Source: Eubacteriales bacterium (GTDB lineage: Bacteria; Bacillota; Clostridia; Oscillospirales; QAKW01). Taken from it: a stretch of DNA of 64,000 bases. Below are positions 1 through 7,618 of this stretch, in pieces. Position numbers and translations under genes: made by a program. The notes below the pieces were generated by a model. That model saw nothing but the letters and a program-made list of their open reading frames with translations, had not been told where the DNA came from and made no database searches. Within the stretch, counting starts at the first letter, position 1. Each line of letters opens with the position of its first letter. Where the stretch lies: assembly GCA_045545315.1 (NCBI GenBank), contig JAZQAR010000067.1, positions 591 to 64,590 on the forward strand, given 5' to 3'.

Positions 1-327
1 GAGTGTCATCTCCACACCGCTTTTCAGACCTTCTCCGTCCTGTGCGGCGGCGATGGCACGCTCCAGGTTATCGATAGCCGGAAGAATGGAGGCCACGGCC
101 TTGGCCACACCATCGCCATAGATCCGATCCTTTTCACGGGCGGTACGCTTGCGGAAATTATCATATTCTGCATAAAGCCGCAGATACTGATCGTGTTCCG
201 CATTGAATTTTTCTTCCCATTCGTTGGGCTTCTTCTCTTTCTTTTTCTTGGGCTTGGGTTCAGCCTTGGGTTCTTCTGCCGGAGCGGTCTCCGGAGTTTC
301 GGGGTCTAACGTTTTATTCTCTTCCAT
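1..327 (-). CDS. grpE: Nucleotide exchange factor GrpE, N-terminal part (3' end runs off the window)
   Basis: My reverse-strand translation from the ATG at 327-325 reads MEENKTLDPETPE...KFNAEHDQYLRLYAEYDNFRKRTAREKDRIYGDGVAKAVASILPAIDNLERA, the conserved GrpE core. It lies directly downstream of hrcA, as in hrcA-grpE-dnaK operons. It is absent from the ORF track because it is open to the window edge. Confidence 0.85.
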   Translation of the reverse strand, partial: MEENKTLDPETPETAPAEEPKAEPKPKKKKEKKPNEWEEKFNAEHDQYLRLYAEYDNFRKRTAREKDRIYGDGVAKAVASILPAIDNLERAIAAAQDGEGLKSGVEMTL

Positions 328-329
328 AA

Positions 330-1352
330 TTAACCTTCCCTATCCTTTAAATAACGTTCAATACATTTTGCAAAGTATTCCACCTGGGAGCAATTCTCAC
401 CGTAGTTCATCCGTTTGGGTCCCAACAGGCTGATGGCGCCGAAGCCGGAGCGGCTGCCGTACTTACGGACGATCAACCCCATATCGCTGAAGTTGATACC
501 GGCGATCTCGCTACCGATGGCAATGGAAAGTTCCTTGCCGTCCCGGGGGTTCAGAAGTGTGCGCATCTCATCCTCCCGGCTCAAAAAGTTCAATACGTTC
601 TGAACCTTATGCACCTCGTAGAATTCCGGATGAGAGAGCAAATTACTTTGGCCTGAAACAAAAACCTTGGGATTCCGGATGGAATTGACCATATTCTTCA
701 CGATGCCTGCCACAAAGTTCCAGTTCTGATGAAGGCCCGCCAGCCGTTGCTCCAGCTGTTCAAAGTCATCATCCTGCAGACGGGCGAAGCTCACGTCACC
801 CAAAAATTGATTCAGGGTTTCGGAAAGATCCGCAATGTCGTTATCATCGGCCAGAAAATAGAACCGGCAAAAGCTGTTTTTGACGGTACCGTTCCGGGTG
901 ATGGCCACCAGGTTCAGGCAATTATCAGCGGTTTTGATCAGCTCCACCTTGATGATCCGGTCATCATCGGAGTGGCTCATCACCGCTGCGGCGGTATAGC
1001 CGGTGATCTCCGAAAAGCGGGAAAGGGCGTGCTTCAGAAAATCATCCACGTTGCCGCTGGGGTCTTCCACCGCCTCTTCGATGACGATGGCCCGTTCCGC
1101 AGGCAGCACCGTTTCCTGCAGCAGGTAATCCACGTAATAGCGGTAGCCCTTTTCGGTGGGGATCCGCCCGGCGCTGGTATGCGGCTGTTCCAAAAAGCCG
1201 TCTTTTTCCAGGGCGGCTAAGTCGTTACGGATCGTGGCAGAGGAGATCTGCAGGTCGATCCGCTCCAGGATCAGCTTGGAGGCCACCGGTTCCCCGGTTT
1301 CCACGTAGGCTTCCACCAATGCTTTCAAGATCAAATTCAGCCGATCCTTCAT
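330..1352 (-). CDS. hrcA: Heat-inducible transcription repressor HrcA
   Basis: 340-aa ORF with an N-terminal winged-helix region (LILKALVEAYVETGEPVASKLI...SSATIRNDLAALEKDGFLEQPHTSAGRIPT) typical of HrcA. A CIRCE operator lies upstream and grpE downstream. Confidence 0.93.
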   Translation of the reverse strand: MKDRLNLILKALVEAYVETGEPVASKLILERIDLQISSATIRNDLAALEKDGFLEQPHTSAGRIPTEKGYRYYVDYLLQETVLPAERAIVIEEAVEDPSGNVDDFLKHALSRFSEITGYTAAAVMSHSDDDRIIKVELIKTADNCLNLVAITRNGTVKNSFCRFYFLADDNDIADLSETLNQFLGDVSFARLQDDDFEQLEQRLAGLHQNWNFVAGIVKNMVNSIRNPKVFVSGQSNLLSHPEFYEVHKVQNVLNFLSREDEMRTLLNPRDGKELSIAIGSEIAGINFSDMGLIVRKYGSRSGFGAISLLGPKRMNYGENCSQVEYFAKCIERYLKDREG

Positions 1353-1374
1353 CCTTTCACCGTCCTTTTAAAAT

Positions 1375-1401
1375 TTAGCACTCTAACCTCTCGACTGCTA
1401 A
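1375..1401 (-). promoter_or_regulatory. CIRCE operator (HrcA binding site)
   Basis: TTAGCACTC-N9-GACTGCTAA matches the CIRCE consensus TTAGCACTC-N9-GAGTGCTAA with one mismatch. It sits between the predicted -10 and the hrcA start. Confidence 0.85.
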
Positions 1402-1408
1402 CAATGAT

Positions 1409-1437
1409 ACTTTACCACTATTTTATACGATTGTCAA
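1409..1437 (-). promoter_or_regulatory. Sigma-70-type promoter of hrcA operon
   Basis: On the minus strand: TTGACA (1437-1432), 17-nt spacer, TAAAGT (1414-1409), immediately upstream of CIRCE. Confidence 0.6.
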
Positions 1438-1468
1438 CACTTGAATTCAAAAAAATTGTGAATAATTC

Positions 1469-1498
1469 TTGACAATTGATAAACTCCCCCTATATAAT
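1469..1498 (+). promoter_or_regulatory. Sigma-70-type promoter of the YdbC-like gene
   Basis: TTGACA (1469-1474), 18-nt spacer, TATAAT (1493-1498). It is divergent from the hrcA promoter. Confidence 0.6.
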
Positions 1499-1535
1499 TA
1501 AAATATGAAAAAAATTGTTAACGGAGGGATCTTTC

Positions 1536-1760
1536 ATGGCAGAATTCAAGTATGAAATTACCGAGCGTTTTGGCAGCCTGCCCGAAAACGCAAACGGCTG
1601 GAGCAAGCAGTTGAACAAAATCAGCTGGATGGATCGCGCTCCGAAGTATGATCTGAGAGAATGGTCGCCGGACGGCACCAAAATGAACAAGGGCGTTTCC
1701 TTTACCGACGAAGAACTGATCGCTCTCAGAGATCTACTCAACAGCCTGAAACTGGACTAA
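1536..1760 (+). CDS. YdbC/PC4-like single-stranded nucleic-acid-binding protein (74 aa)
   Basis: MAEFKYEITERFGSLPENANGWSKQLNKISWMDRAPKYDLREWSPDG closely resembles the Lactococcus YdbC (PC4-like) family as I recall it. Start chosen at ATG 1536, which has a GGAGGG SD 7 nt upstream; the track ORF starts at 1515. Confidence 0.75.
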   Translation: MAEFKYEITERFGSLPENANGWSKQLNKISWMDRAPKYDLREWSPDGTKMNKGVSFTDEELIALRDLLNSLKLD

Positions 1761-1766
1761 TGAATA

Positions 1767-1806
1767 AATTACCGAGGCAACTTAACTGCCTCGGTAATTT
1801 ATTTTA
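1767..1806 (+). terminator. Rho-independent terminator of the YdbC-like gene
   Basis: Stem AAATTACCGAGGCA / TGCCTCGGTAATTT with a 6-nt loop, followed by a T-rich run. Confidence 0.8.
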
Positions 1807-1822
1807 TCTGATCAAAACAAAC

Positions 1823-1856
1823 AAAAACAAGAATCCCGAAGGATCCTTGTTTTTTT
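1823..1856. repeat. Palindromic hairpin element, copy 1 (AAAAACAAGAATCCCGAAGGATCCTTGTTTTTTT)
   Basis: Near-identical (one mismatch) to the element at 2117-2149. The stem is CAAG(A/G)ATCC / GGATCCTTG with a CGAA loop, flanked by an A-run and a T-run. Confidence 0.8.
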
Positions 1857-1948
1857 CAGACTGTCAAAAAAGGCACCGACCGCAGAAAAAAAGAAAAATG
1901 TATGTTCCCCATAAGCACCCCTTGCCTAAAGGGGATATTTTAAAGGAA

Positions 1949-1972
1949 AAAATGCGGCCAAAGCCGCATTTT
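1949..1972 (-). terminator. Hairpin with T-run on the minus strand (orphan terminator-like)
   Basis: AAAATGCGGC-CAAA-GCCGCATTTT. On the minus strand it is followed by TTTTTT. No annotated gene ends here. Confidence 0.4.
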
Positions 1973-2116
1973 AATTGAATTTTTTCTGCTTTCCGCCAAC
2001 TCTCCCTCTCGTAGTACCTCTGTACAACTTCGGGTCTAGTTGACGAAATCGGCACTCTTTTTATGGCAGTCTCCCAGCGTGTCAAAAATAACAAATAGAG
2101 TTTTTTGACACGCTGC

Positions 2117-2149
2117 AAAAACAAGGATCCCGAAGGATCCTTGTTTTTT
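2117..2149. repeat. Palindromic hairpin element, copy 2; probable terminator of the 1750-aa esterase gene
   Basis: AAAAACAAGGATCCCGAAGGATCCTTGTTTTTT lies 18 nt downstream of the stop of the minus-strand gene 2167-7419. A/T runs on both sides make it bidirectional. Confidence 0.75.
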
Positions 2150-2166
2150 ATTTACTTTACAGACAT

Positions 2167-5100
2167 TTAAGCCTGAGCCTTCAGCATTCTGACAACGTCA
2201 ACGATGTTGATCACGCCGTTGCCGGAATAATCTGCATTAGCTTCCACGATGCGATCGGGATAGTCTACCAAATGGCGCATTACTGCGGTGATATCTGCCA
2301 TTTCAAAGGCAGCGTTACCGGTAGCATCGCCGGCCAGCTTGGCAACAGAATTCATGGTGGCGGTTTCCTTATCAAAGGAGAACTCGTTCATCTCGGCATC
2401 CGTTACCAGTTCATTGTTCACGTAGAAGTAACCGGTCTCGGTTTTGATCTCGCCAAAGACCTTACCTTCGCTATCGGTATAGAAGGTCTTACCGTCCAAG
2501 GTAACCTTGATGGTGGCCTTGTCTTCGGTAGCGGCGATCACGGTCTTGCCATCTTTCACAGTCCAGACAGTGCCCTCTTCCCCATTCAACTTGGCGGCAG
2601 CCACACCGTTGCTGAAGGTCTCAGCCTTCACGGTGGCGGCATAGTTGGCATTGGGAATAACGTTCTTCTTATCGGCGATGATCATATTGTTCTCGTGAAC
2701 CTCTTCCTTGGCGTTACGAACAAGAATGTTAGTTTGAGGATCCTTCACGTCGGAATAGATCTTACCGTTGAAGTAGCAGTTCTTAACGGCAGTGGTACTG
2801 TTGTGAGCGTAAGCAGCCAGACCACCAACATACCGTTGACCGGTGATGGTACCGGAACAGCCCACGTTGATCATGGAACCGCCGTTACGGAAGTTTGCGG
2901 CAATACCGCCAACACCCTTGCCCATCTGCAGGCTGAGGTTGGTTACATTCACGCCGGACCAGATATTTTCCAGATTGGTAGCGCCATCGCAATAAGCAAC
3001 AATTGCAGCGGTCATATCGTAACCGATCATATTGCCGGTCACGTTCAGGTTCTTGATGGTCGCACCGTAGGTGGAGGCAAAGAGGCCAACGCCCAGGTAA
3101 TAGTGCCGGAAGTCGATATTGACGGTGTGGCCCTTGCCGTCGAAGGTACCGCAGAAGCGGTAAGCGTTATCGGGATCGGTAGCACCGGTATGATAGAAAC
3201 CATCTTCGGAATATACGCTGGTTCCATTAGAGGAGCTTCCGGTTCTACCTACGGGGAAGATGCTCATATCAGCCATATCCAGATCATTTTCCAGATATAC
3301 GGTCTTTCCAGCAAAGTTCACCCCGGAGCCAACCAATTCGCCAAAGGCCTTCCAGTCGTCCACGGTTACAATGCGATAAGCATCGTATGCGCGATACTTA
3401 TCAGCAGCGGCATACTGGGTAAGGGTGGGAACGCTGGGGTAGGTGCCGGTGTATTCGGCTGTGGTATCCACCACAGGCGCAGTAACAGCAGTAAGACCCA
3501 TACCGGCCAAAACGGCTTCGGCAATCTTCTGGTAGCCGGCATCGTTATACCAAACGCCTGCGGCGCAAGCATCGTCGGAGACGTAGCCGGCAACATCGGC
3601 CTTGGTTGCGGTATAAACGTCAATAAAGTTCACGCCCAGCTTGGTAGCCAGCTGGCTGTAAAGAGGAGCAGCAACCTGCAGAATAGCGGCAGCATTCTCG
3701 TTGGTGGCTGCAGGGGGATTTGCCAGATAGATTTCTGCTTCAGGGAAGGTAGCCTGGTATTTCTTCACCAGATAGGTGAACTGATCTTCGATCTTGTTGG
3801 CCAGGTTGGGAGCTGCAGCGTTCATGGTCTTAAAGTCGTTGGAGCCCAGCATAATAACCAGCTTATCGGGGTTCACCTTCAGGCTTTCGGCATAGGTGAG
3901 AGAATCGATATAGGAACTGCTTTGATCCTGTTGAATGGTGGCATTACCGGCTGCATAGTTCAGAACGGTGTATTCTTCGCCCAACAACTTAGTCAGAACG
4001 GCGGGGTAGCTCTTGCGATAAACGTCGCTGCTGCCCAGACCCAAGGTTAGGTCGTCACCCACCAGAGCGATCACAGGTTCTTTCTTATCGGAGGGCTCGG
4101 TAACTCTATAGGGAGTGGTGGGCATTTCTTCCATGGCTGCGCCGATAATGGGAGCCAACAGATCCAGACCCAGGGCGTTACAGTGAACGTTATCGTAGGT
4201 ACCGTCGTACAGAATAGTCTGGTCTCTGGTAACCTCTCCGGTCTTAGCAGGAGTGGTTTCGTCATAGAATTCCTCGGCCAGGTCTTCGTTATGATACAGA
4301 TCAATCAGGGGGATGCCCCATTTTTCACAAACAGCCTCAGCGGTAGGATAATAAAGTTCCTGGGCACCGTTATCGATATCGGTGAACCAGTTGGAATTTT
4401 TGATCTGATAGTTCCAGATATAAGCGATGGAGGCGGTGTCACCAAAGAGTTCAACGGCCTTGGCAATGGTGGCTTCCAAAGCACCGGAGAAGGTGGCTTG
4501 ATCAAAGTCTTCAAAATCAAATTCGTCGGGATCGATGGTGCCCTTGGGCAGCTTGGCAGAAGACTGGCTATAAGAAAGGTCGTTGGTTCCGCCGTGGATC
4601 ATCACGTAGTCGTAATCATTGTGGCGGGCGGTGTTCAACTGGTTCAGGATCTGATCCTTACCGCGAACGGTGGCGAACCAGTAACCGGAGATCCCGTAGT
4701 TATCCACCATCATATCGTACTTATCGGCGATACGGGCAGCCCAACCGCGGTTGTCAACGCCTTCCTTGTTCCAATCGTTGGCGGCTTCGGTAATGGAGTC
4801 ACCAATGAACAGAGCAGATTTACCGATCAGGGGATTATCGGCCTTGATACCGTTGGTGGCATAATAGCCATCGATTCCAACGTCGCCCCGCAGCACGAAG
4901 GCCTTGGTTCTGGCGTTGGTCATAAAGGTGGCGCGGATGTATTCAACCCCTGCGGGTACGGTGTAGGTATAAACGTCAGCACCGGTAGCCAGGTAATACT
5001 GATAATCCGTTACCAGGTTGTTCTTGATTTCAGCGCTTGTGGCGTTCTTCTTGGGGGAACCGGCATAATAACCGGTTTCATAATCGAAAGAGTCTTTCCA

Positions 5101-7419
5101 GGTCAGGTCGTTATAGGAAATAGCCTTAATCGCCTTCTTAGCGGCGTTATAGGCCGTACCAAAATGAACCTGGGTACCGGTTACAACGGGGCCTAAGGTC
5201 AGTACCTCACCCTCGGTAACCTTAATATAATCGGTAGTAAAATAGTTGGCATCGGCGGTTTCAACACCGGCGGCGGTCACGTACTTACCCTGGGCTTCCA
5301 GGATCCATACGTGATTATTGAACAGTTCCAAATACTCAGCCATGGAGAAGGGGCGATTCTTGGTGATCACGAAGAAATCGTCAACACCGGAGCTTTGCTT
5401 ATCAGCAACGATCAGCTTACCGTCGCCGGGAGCAGTCCAAACACCCATACTGAAATCTGCATTGGTGAATTTATCCAACCACAAAATGTTGGTGTCATTC
5501 CAGTCCCAGGAAGTAGCACCGGCAGGCCAGTATACGCAATGTACGGCACCGGGAGTATAGGAGGCGCCAAAATAGATTTGGTCACCCTTCTTAACGTCGA
5601 TCCATTCGGACCCGTTATGACCGGGGGCGCTTCTTCCACTGCCCCAATACTGAGTGCCGGCGGTCAGCCGGACGCCCCAGTTGCGGTTTTCAGTGGTCCA
5701 CAGATTGGCCTCTGCCAAGGGTACGGGCTGGTAGGTAGCGCCTGCGCCTGCGGTAGCCTTCTTCATGCCTGCAGCAATTTCAGGTGCAAGCAGATCATAC
5801 CCCAGATAGTTAGGATGCAGGTTATCGCCGAAACCGTCTAACACGTCGGTAAACACTTCGAATTCAGCGTTCAGCTTTTCGTTGTTATAAAGGTCAATAC
5901 AATTGATGCCCCATTTTTCACAAGCAGCCTTGGCGACTGCGTTATATTGGGCAATCAAAGTCTGATCCTGAGGATAACTGCCGTGCGGAGCGATCTTATA
6001 ACTGATCAGATAGGAGATTGCGGCGTTGCCGTACAGCTCCTTAGCTCTTGCAAAAGTGGCCTCGATACCACCGGCAAAGGTGCTCTGATCAAAGCCGGAT
6101 TTTATATTTTCTGCAGTAACGGTACCAACGTCAATCCCGTCCCAGATATCATTGACACCGCCACCGATCACAACGTGATCAAATTTTACGCCGGCAGACA
6201 AAGCGTTATTCAATTGGTTGATAATGGTGCCGGTTTTACCGTCACCAACACGGCAATTGGAGAGAGAGGAAGAGGTGCGACCGTAGTTATAGACCAGCAT
6301 ATCCTCCATATCGGCAATACGGCCGGACCAACCCCGATAGTTGATGCCTTCTTTATTGGAAGCGGAGTCCTGAGTTGCATGGGTAACGGAATCGCCCACA
6401 AACAGAGCAGTCTTGCCAGCCAGGTTGCTGTCAGCGGCGATCCCTTCCATTTTTTTGTAGGTGGCCATGTCCATCTTGCCGCGAACCACCATAAATTTTG
6501 GGGTCACCTCTACCTTAAAGGGAACACGGATATAGTTCACGCCTTCAGGTACGGTATAGGTATAGAAAGCGGCAGTTTCATCCACCATATAGCTGAAGCC
6601 CTTGTTGGGCCCGGCCTGGCCGGAACCCATGTGGCGGTAGAAGCCGGTGGTATAAGCAAAGTTTTCAACGAAGGTCAGATCAGCCTTGGCAATGGCCTTT
6701 ACGGAAGCCTTGGAGGCATTGTAAGCATGGCCAAAATAAGCCTGATCAGCGGTGATGGGGCCCAGAGTCAGGGTCTCACCGGGGGTTACTTCGATATAGT
6801 TAGTGGTATTATAGGCTGCATCTGCAACCTCTGCACCGTTACCGTCTAACCGAATGCCCAAGGAATTGAGCAGATAGGAGTTGTTATCAAAGTAATCGTA
6901 ATATTCTTTGGCGGTGAATTCTTGGTTCTTGGTAACAAGGAAGAATTCGTTGTTACCATTGTCTTGCTTGTTCAGAACCTGAATCTGGCCATCGGAGGGA
7001 GCCTTCCATTTAACAATGTACCATTTATCGCTCAGCTTTTCATAAGCGAAGGAAGGAACAGCATCTGCTTTAAGGCCGTTTGCATTTGTGGCACCAACCA
7101 GTGCGGCACTGGCGCCGGGAGCCTTCCAGCTGATGTGGCTCATATTATAATAAGCCCCACCAATGCAGATAATATCACCTGCTTTAACGGTGATCCACTC
7201 AGTAGCGGTATGGCCGGGATTACCTCTCCCAGCGGCCCACCAGGATAAAGTGGAATCGTTGGAATAAGTAACACCCCAGTTACGGTTTTCAGGAGTCCAC
7301 AAATTCACAAGCGATGAAGGTTGCGCGGTGGCAACATCTGCACTTGCAACGATACCCGGTGCAATGGGTAACGAAAGCAGCATTGCCAGAACGCAAAGGA
7401 TTGAAAGTGTGCGTTTCAT
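2167..7419 (-). CDS. Secreted multidomain SGNH/GDSL-type carbohydrate esterase (three SGNH domains, GLUG-like region, C-terminal dockerin), 1750 aa
   Basis: Signal peptide MKRTLSILCVLAMLLSLPIAPGIVASA. Two tandem ~530-aa modules each end in an SGNH domain (GDSVT..GGVND..DNLHPN and GDSIT..GGTND..DNVHCN). A third SGNH-like domain, GLUG-like repeats (VGLFAS..VGGIAA..VGGLAA) and a two-segment dockerin-like C-terminus follow. Confidence 0.9.
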   Translation of the reverse strand: MKRTLSILCVLAMLLSLPIAPGIVASADVATAQPSSLVNLWTPENRNWGVTYSNDSTLSWWAAGRGNPGHTATEWITVKAGDIICIGGAYYNMSHISWKAPGASAALVGATNANGLKADAVPSFAYEKLSDKWYIVKWKAPSDGQIQVLNKQDNGNNEFFLVTKNQEFTAKEYYDYFDNNSYLLNSLGIRLDGNGAEVADAAYNTTNYIEVTPGETLTLGPITADQAYFGHAYNASKASVKAIAKADLTFVENFAYTTGFYRHMGSGQAGPNKGFSYMVDETAAFYTYTVPEGVNYIRVPFKVEVTPKFMVVRGKMDMATYKKMEGIAADSNLAGKTALFVGDSVTHATQDSASNKEGINYRGWSGRIADMEDMLVYNYGRTSSSLSNCRVGDGKTGTIINQLNNALSAGVKFDHVVIGGGVNDIWDGIDVGTVTAENIKSGFDQSTFAGGIEATFARAKELYGNAAISYLISYKIAPHGSYPQDQTLIAQYNAVAKAACEKWGINCIDLYNNEKLNAEFEVFTDVLDGFGDNLHPNYLGYDLLAPEIAAGMKKATAGAGATYQPVPLAEANLWTTENRNWGVRLTAGTQYWGSGRSAPGHNGSEWIDVKKGDQIYFGASYTPGAVHCVYWPAGATSWDWNDTNILWLDKFTNADFSMGVWTAPGDGKLIVADKQSSGVDDFFVITKNRPFSMAEYLELFNNHVWILEAQGKYVTAAGVETADANYFTTDYIKVTEGEVLTLGPVVTGTQVHFGTAYNAAKKAIKAISYNDLTWKDSFDYETGYYAGSPKKNATSAEIKNNLVTDYQYYLATGADVYTYTVPAGVEYIRATFMTNARTKAFVLRGDVGIDGYYATNGIKADNPLIGKSALFIGDSITEAANDWNKEGVDNRGWAARIADKYDMMVDNYGISGYWFATVRGKDQILNQLNTARHNDYDYVMIHGGTNDLSYSQSSAKLPKGTIDPDEFDFEDFDQATFSGALEATIAKAVELFGDTASIAYIWNYQIKNSNWFTDIDNGAQELYYPTAEAVCEKWGIPLIDLYHNEDLAEEFYDETTPAKTGEVTRDQTILYDGTYDNVHCNALGLDLLAPIIGAAMEEMPTTPYRVTEPSDKKEPVIALVGDDLTLGLGSSDVYRKSYPAVLTKLLGEEYTVLNYAAGNATIQQDQSSSYIDSLTYAESLKVNPDKLVIMLGSNDFKTMNAAAPNLANKIEDQFTYLVKKYQATFPEAEIYLANPPAATNENAAAILQVAAPLYSQLATKLGVNFIDVYTATKADVAGYVSDDACAAGVWYNDAGYQKIAEAVLAGMGLTAVTAPVVDTTAEYTGTYPSVPTLTQYAAADKYRAYDAYRIVTVDDWKAFGELVGSGVNFAGKTVYLENDLDMADMSIFPVGRTGSSSNGTSVYSEDGFYHTGATDPDNAYRFCGTFDGKGHTVNIDFRHYYLGVGLFASTYGATIKNLNVTGNMIGYDMTAAIVAYCDGATNLENIWSGVNVTNLSLQMGKGVGGIAANFRNGGSMINVGCSGTITGQRYVGGLAAYAHNSTTAVKNCYFNGKIYSDVKDPQTNILVRNAKEEVHENNMIIADKKNVIPNANYAATVKAETFSNGVAAAKLNGEEGTVWTVKDGKTVIAATEDKATIKVTLDGKTFYTDSEGKVFGEIKTETGYFYVNNELVTDAEMNEFSFDKETATMNSVAKLAGDATGNAAFEMADITAVMRHLVDYPDRIVEANADYSGNGVINIVDVVRMLKAQA
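2170..2343 (-). other. Dockerin-like module (aa 1693-1750)
   Basis: Two F-hand-like segments, GDATGNAAFEMADITAVMRHL and ADYSGNGVINIVDVVRMLK, sit at the extreme C-terminus of a secreted enzyme. Confidence 0.65.
2755..3147 (-). other. GLUG-motif-like repeat region (aa ~1425-1555)
   Basis: Repeated G-[LI]-[FA]-A/G-G-[IL]-A-A motifs interleaved with N-x-T/N-V-T-G turns, as in GLUG repeats. This assignment is from memory. Confidence 0.45.
3502..4080 (-). other. Third SGNH-like domain with substituted catalytic residues (aa 1114-1306)
   Basis: Block I reads VGDDLT (Asp where the Ser nucleophile is expected). Block III, LGSNDF, is retained. The block V position reads GVWYNDAGY, with no DxxH. Confidence 0.6.
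4126..5724 (-). other. Esterase module 2 (aa 566-1098): internal duplicate of module 1
   Basis: LWTTENRNWGV...FFVITKNRPF, then ...YIKVTEGEVLTLGPV...YTYTVPAGVEYIRA, then GDSIT/GGTND/DNVHCN. The motif order is the same as in module 1. Confidence 0.7.
5752..7314 (-). other. Esterase module 1 (aa 36-556): two beta-sandwich-like domains plus SGNH domain 1
   Basis: LWTPENRNWGV...FFLVTKNQEF, then ...YIEVTPGETLTLGPI...YTYTVPEGVNYIRV, then GDS/GxND/DxxH blocks. It is collinear with module 2. Confidence 0.7.
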
Positions 7420-7452
7420 AGATTTTTCCTCCTAATAAAATACTATGTCTAT

Positions 7453-7481
7453 ATTTTAAAAGGTTTAACCAAAAAAGTCAA
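7453..7481 (-). promoter_or_regulatory. Sigma-70-type promoter of the esterase gene
   Basis: On the minus strand: TTGACT (7481-7476), 17 nt, TAAAAT (7458-7453), about 30 nt upstream of a GGAGGA SD and the ATG at 7419. Confidence 0.55.
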
Positions 7482-7572
7482 TTGAGTGTAAAAAAATATA
7501 CAGCACATTATACGACTTCTTTTTACCACAATGTGGTATATTTTTTAAAAATTTGATCCGCACTTCTATTAT

Positions 7573-7610
7573 AAAAATAAAAAAAGCACCGCATCGTTTG
7601 ATGCGGTGCT
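7573..7610 (-). terminator. Rho-independent terminator of the DUF3810-like gene
   Basis: Stem AGCACCGCATC / GATGCGGTGCT with a 4-nt loop, followed on the minus strand by a long T-run. It lies 9 nt after the stop at 7619. Confidence 0.85.
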
Positions 7611-7618
7611 TGATTTAC

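Noticed and set aside
1864-2124. 86-aa ORF in the hairpin-rich intergenic region
   Set aside because: It has no SD. It reads straight through three terminator-like hairpins and its composition is implausible. The region is treated as non-coding and a possible sRNA; see the findings.
2272-4050. 592-aa ORF on the + strand opposite the esterase gene
   Set aside because: It is a shadow ORF antisense to a gene with clear signal peptide, SGNH and dockerin motifs. Its composition is Gly/Val/His-rich with low complexity, it has no SD and I recognise no motif.
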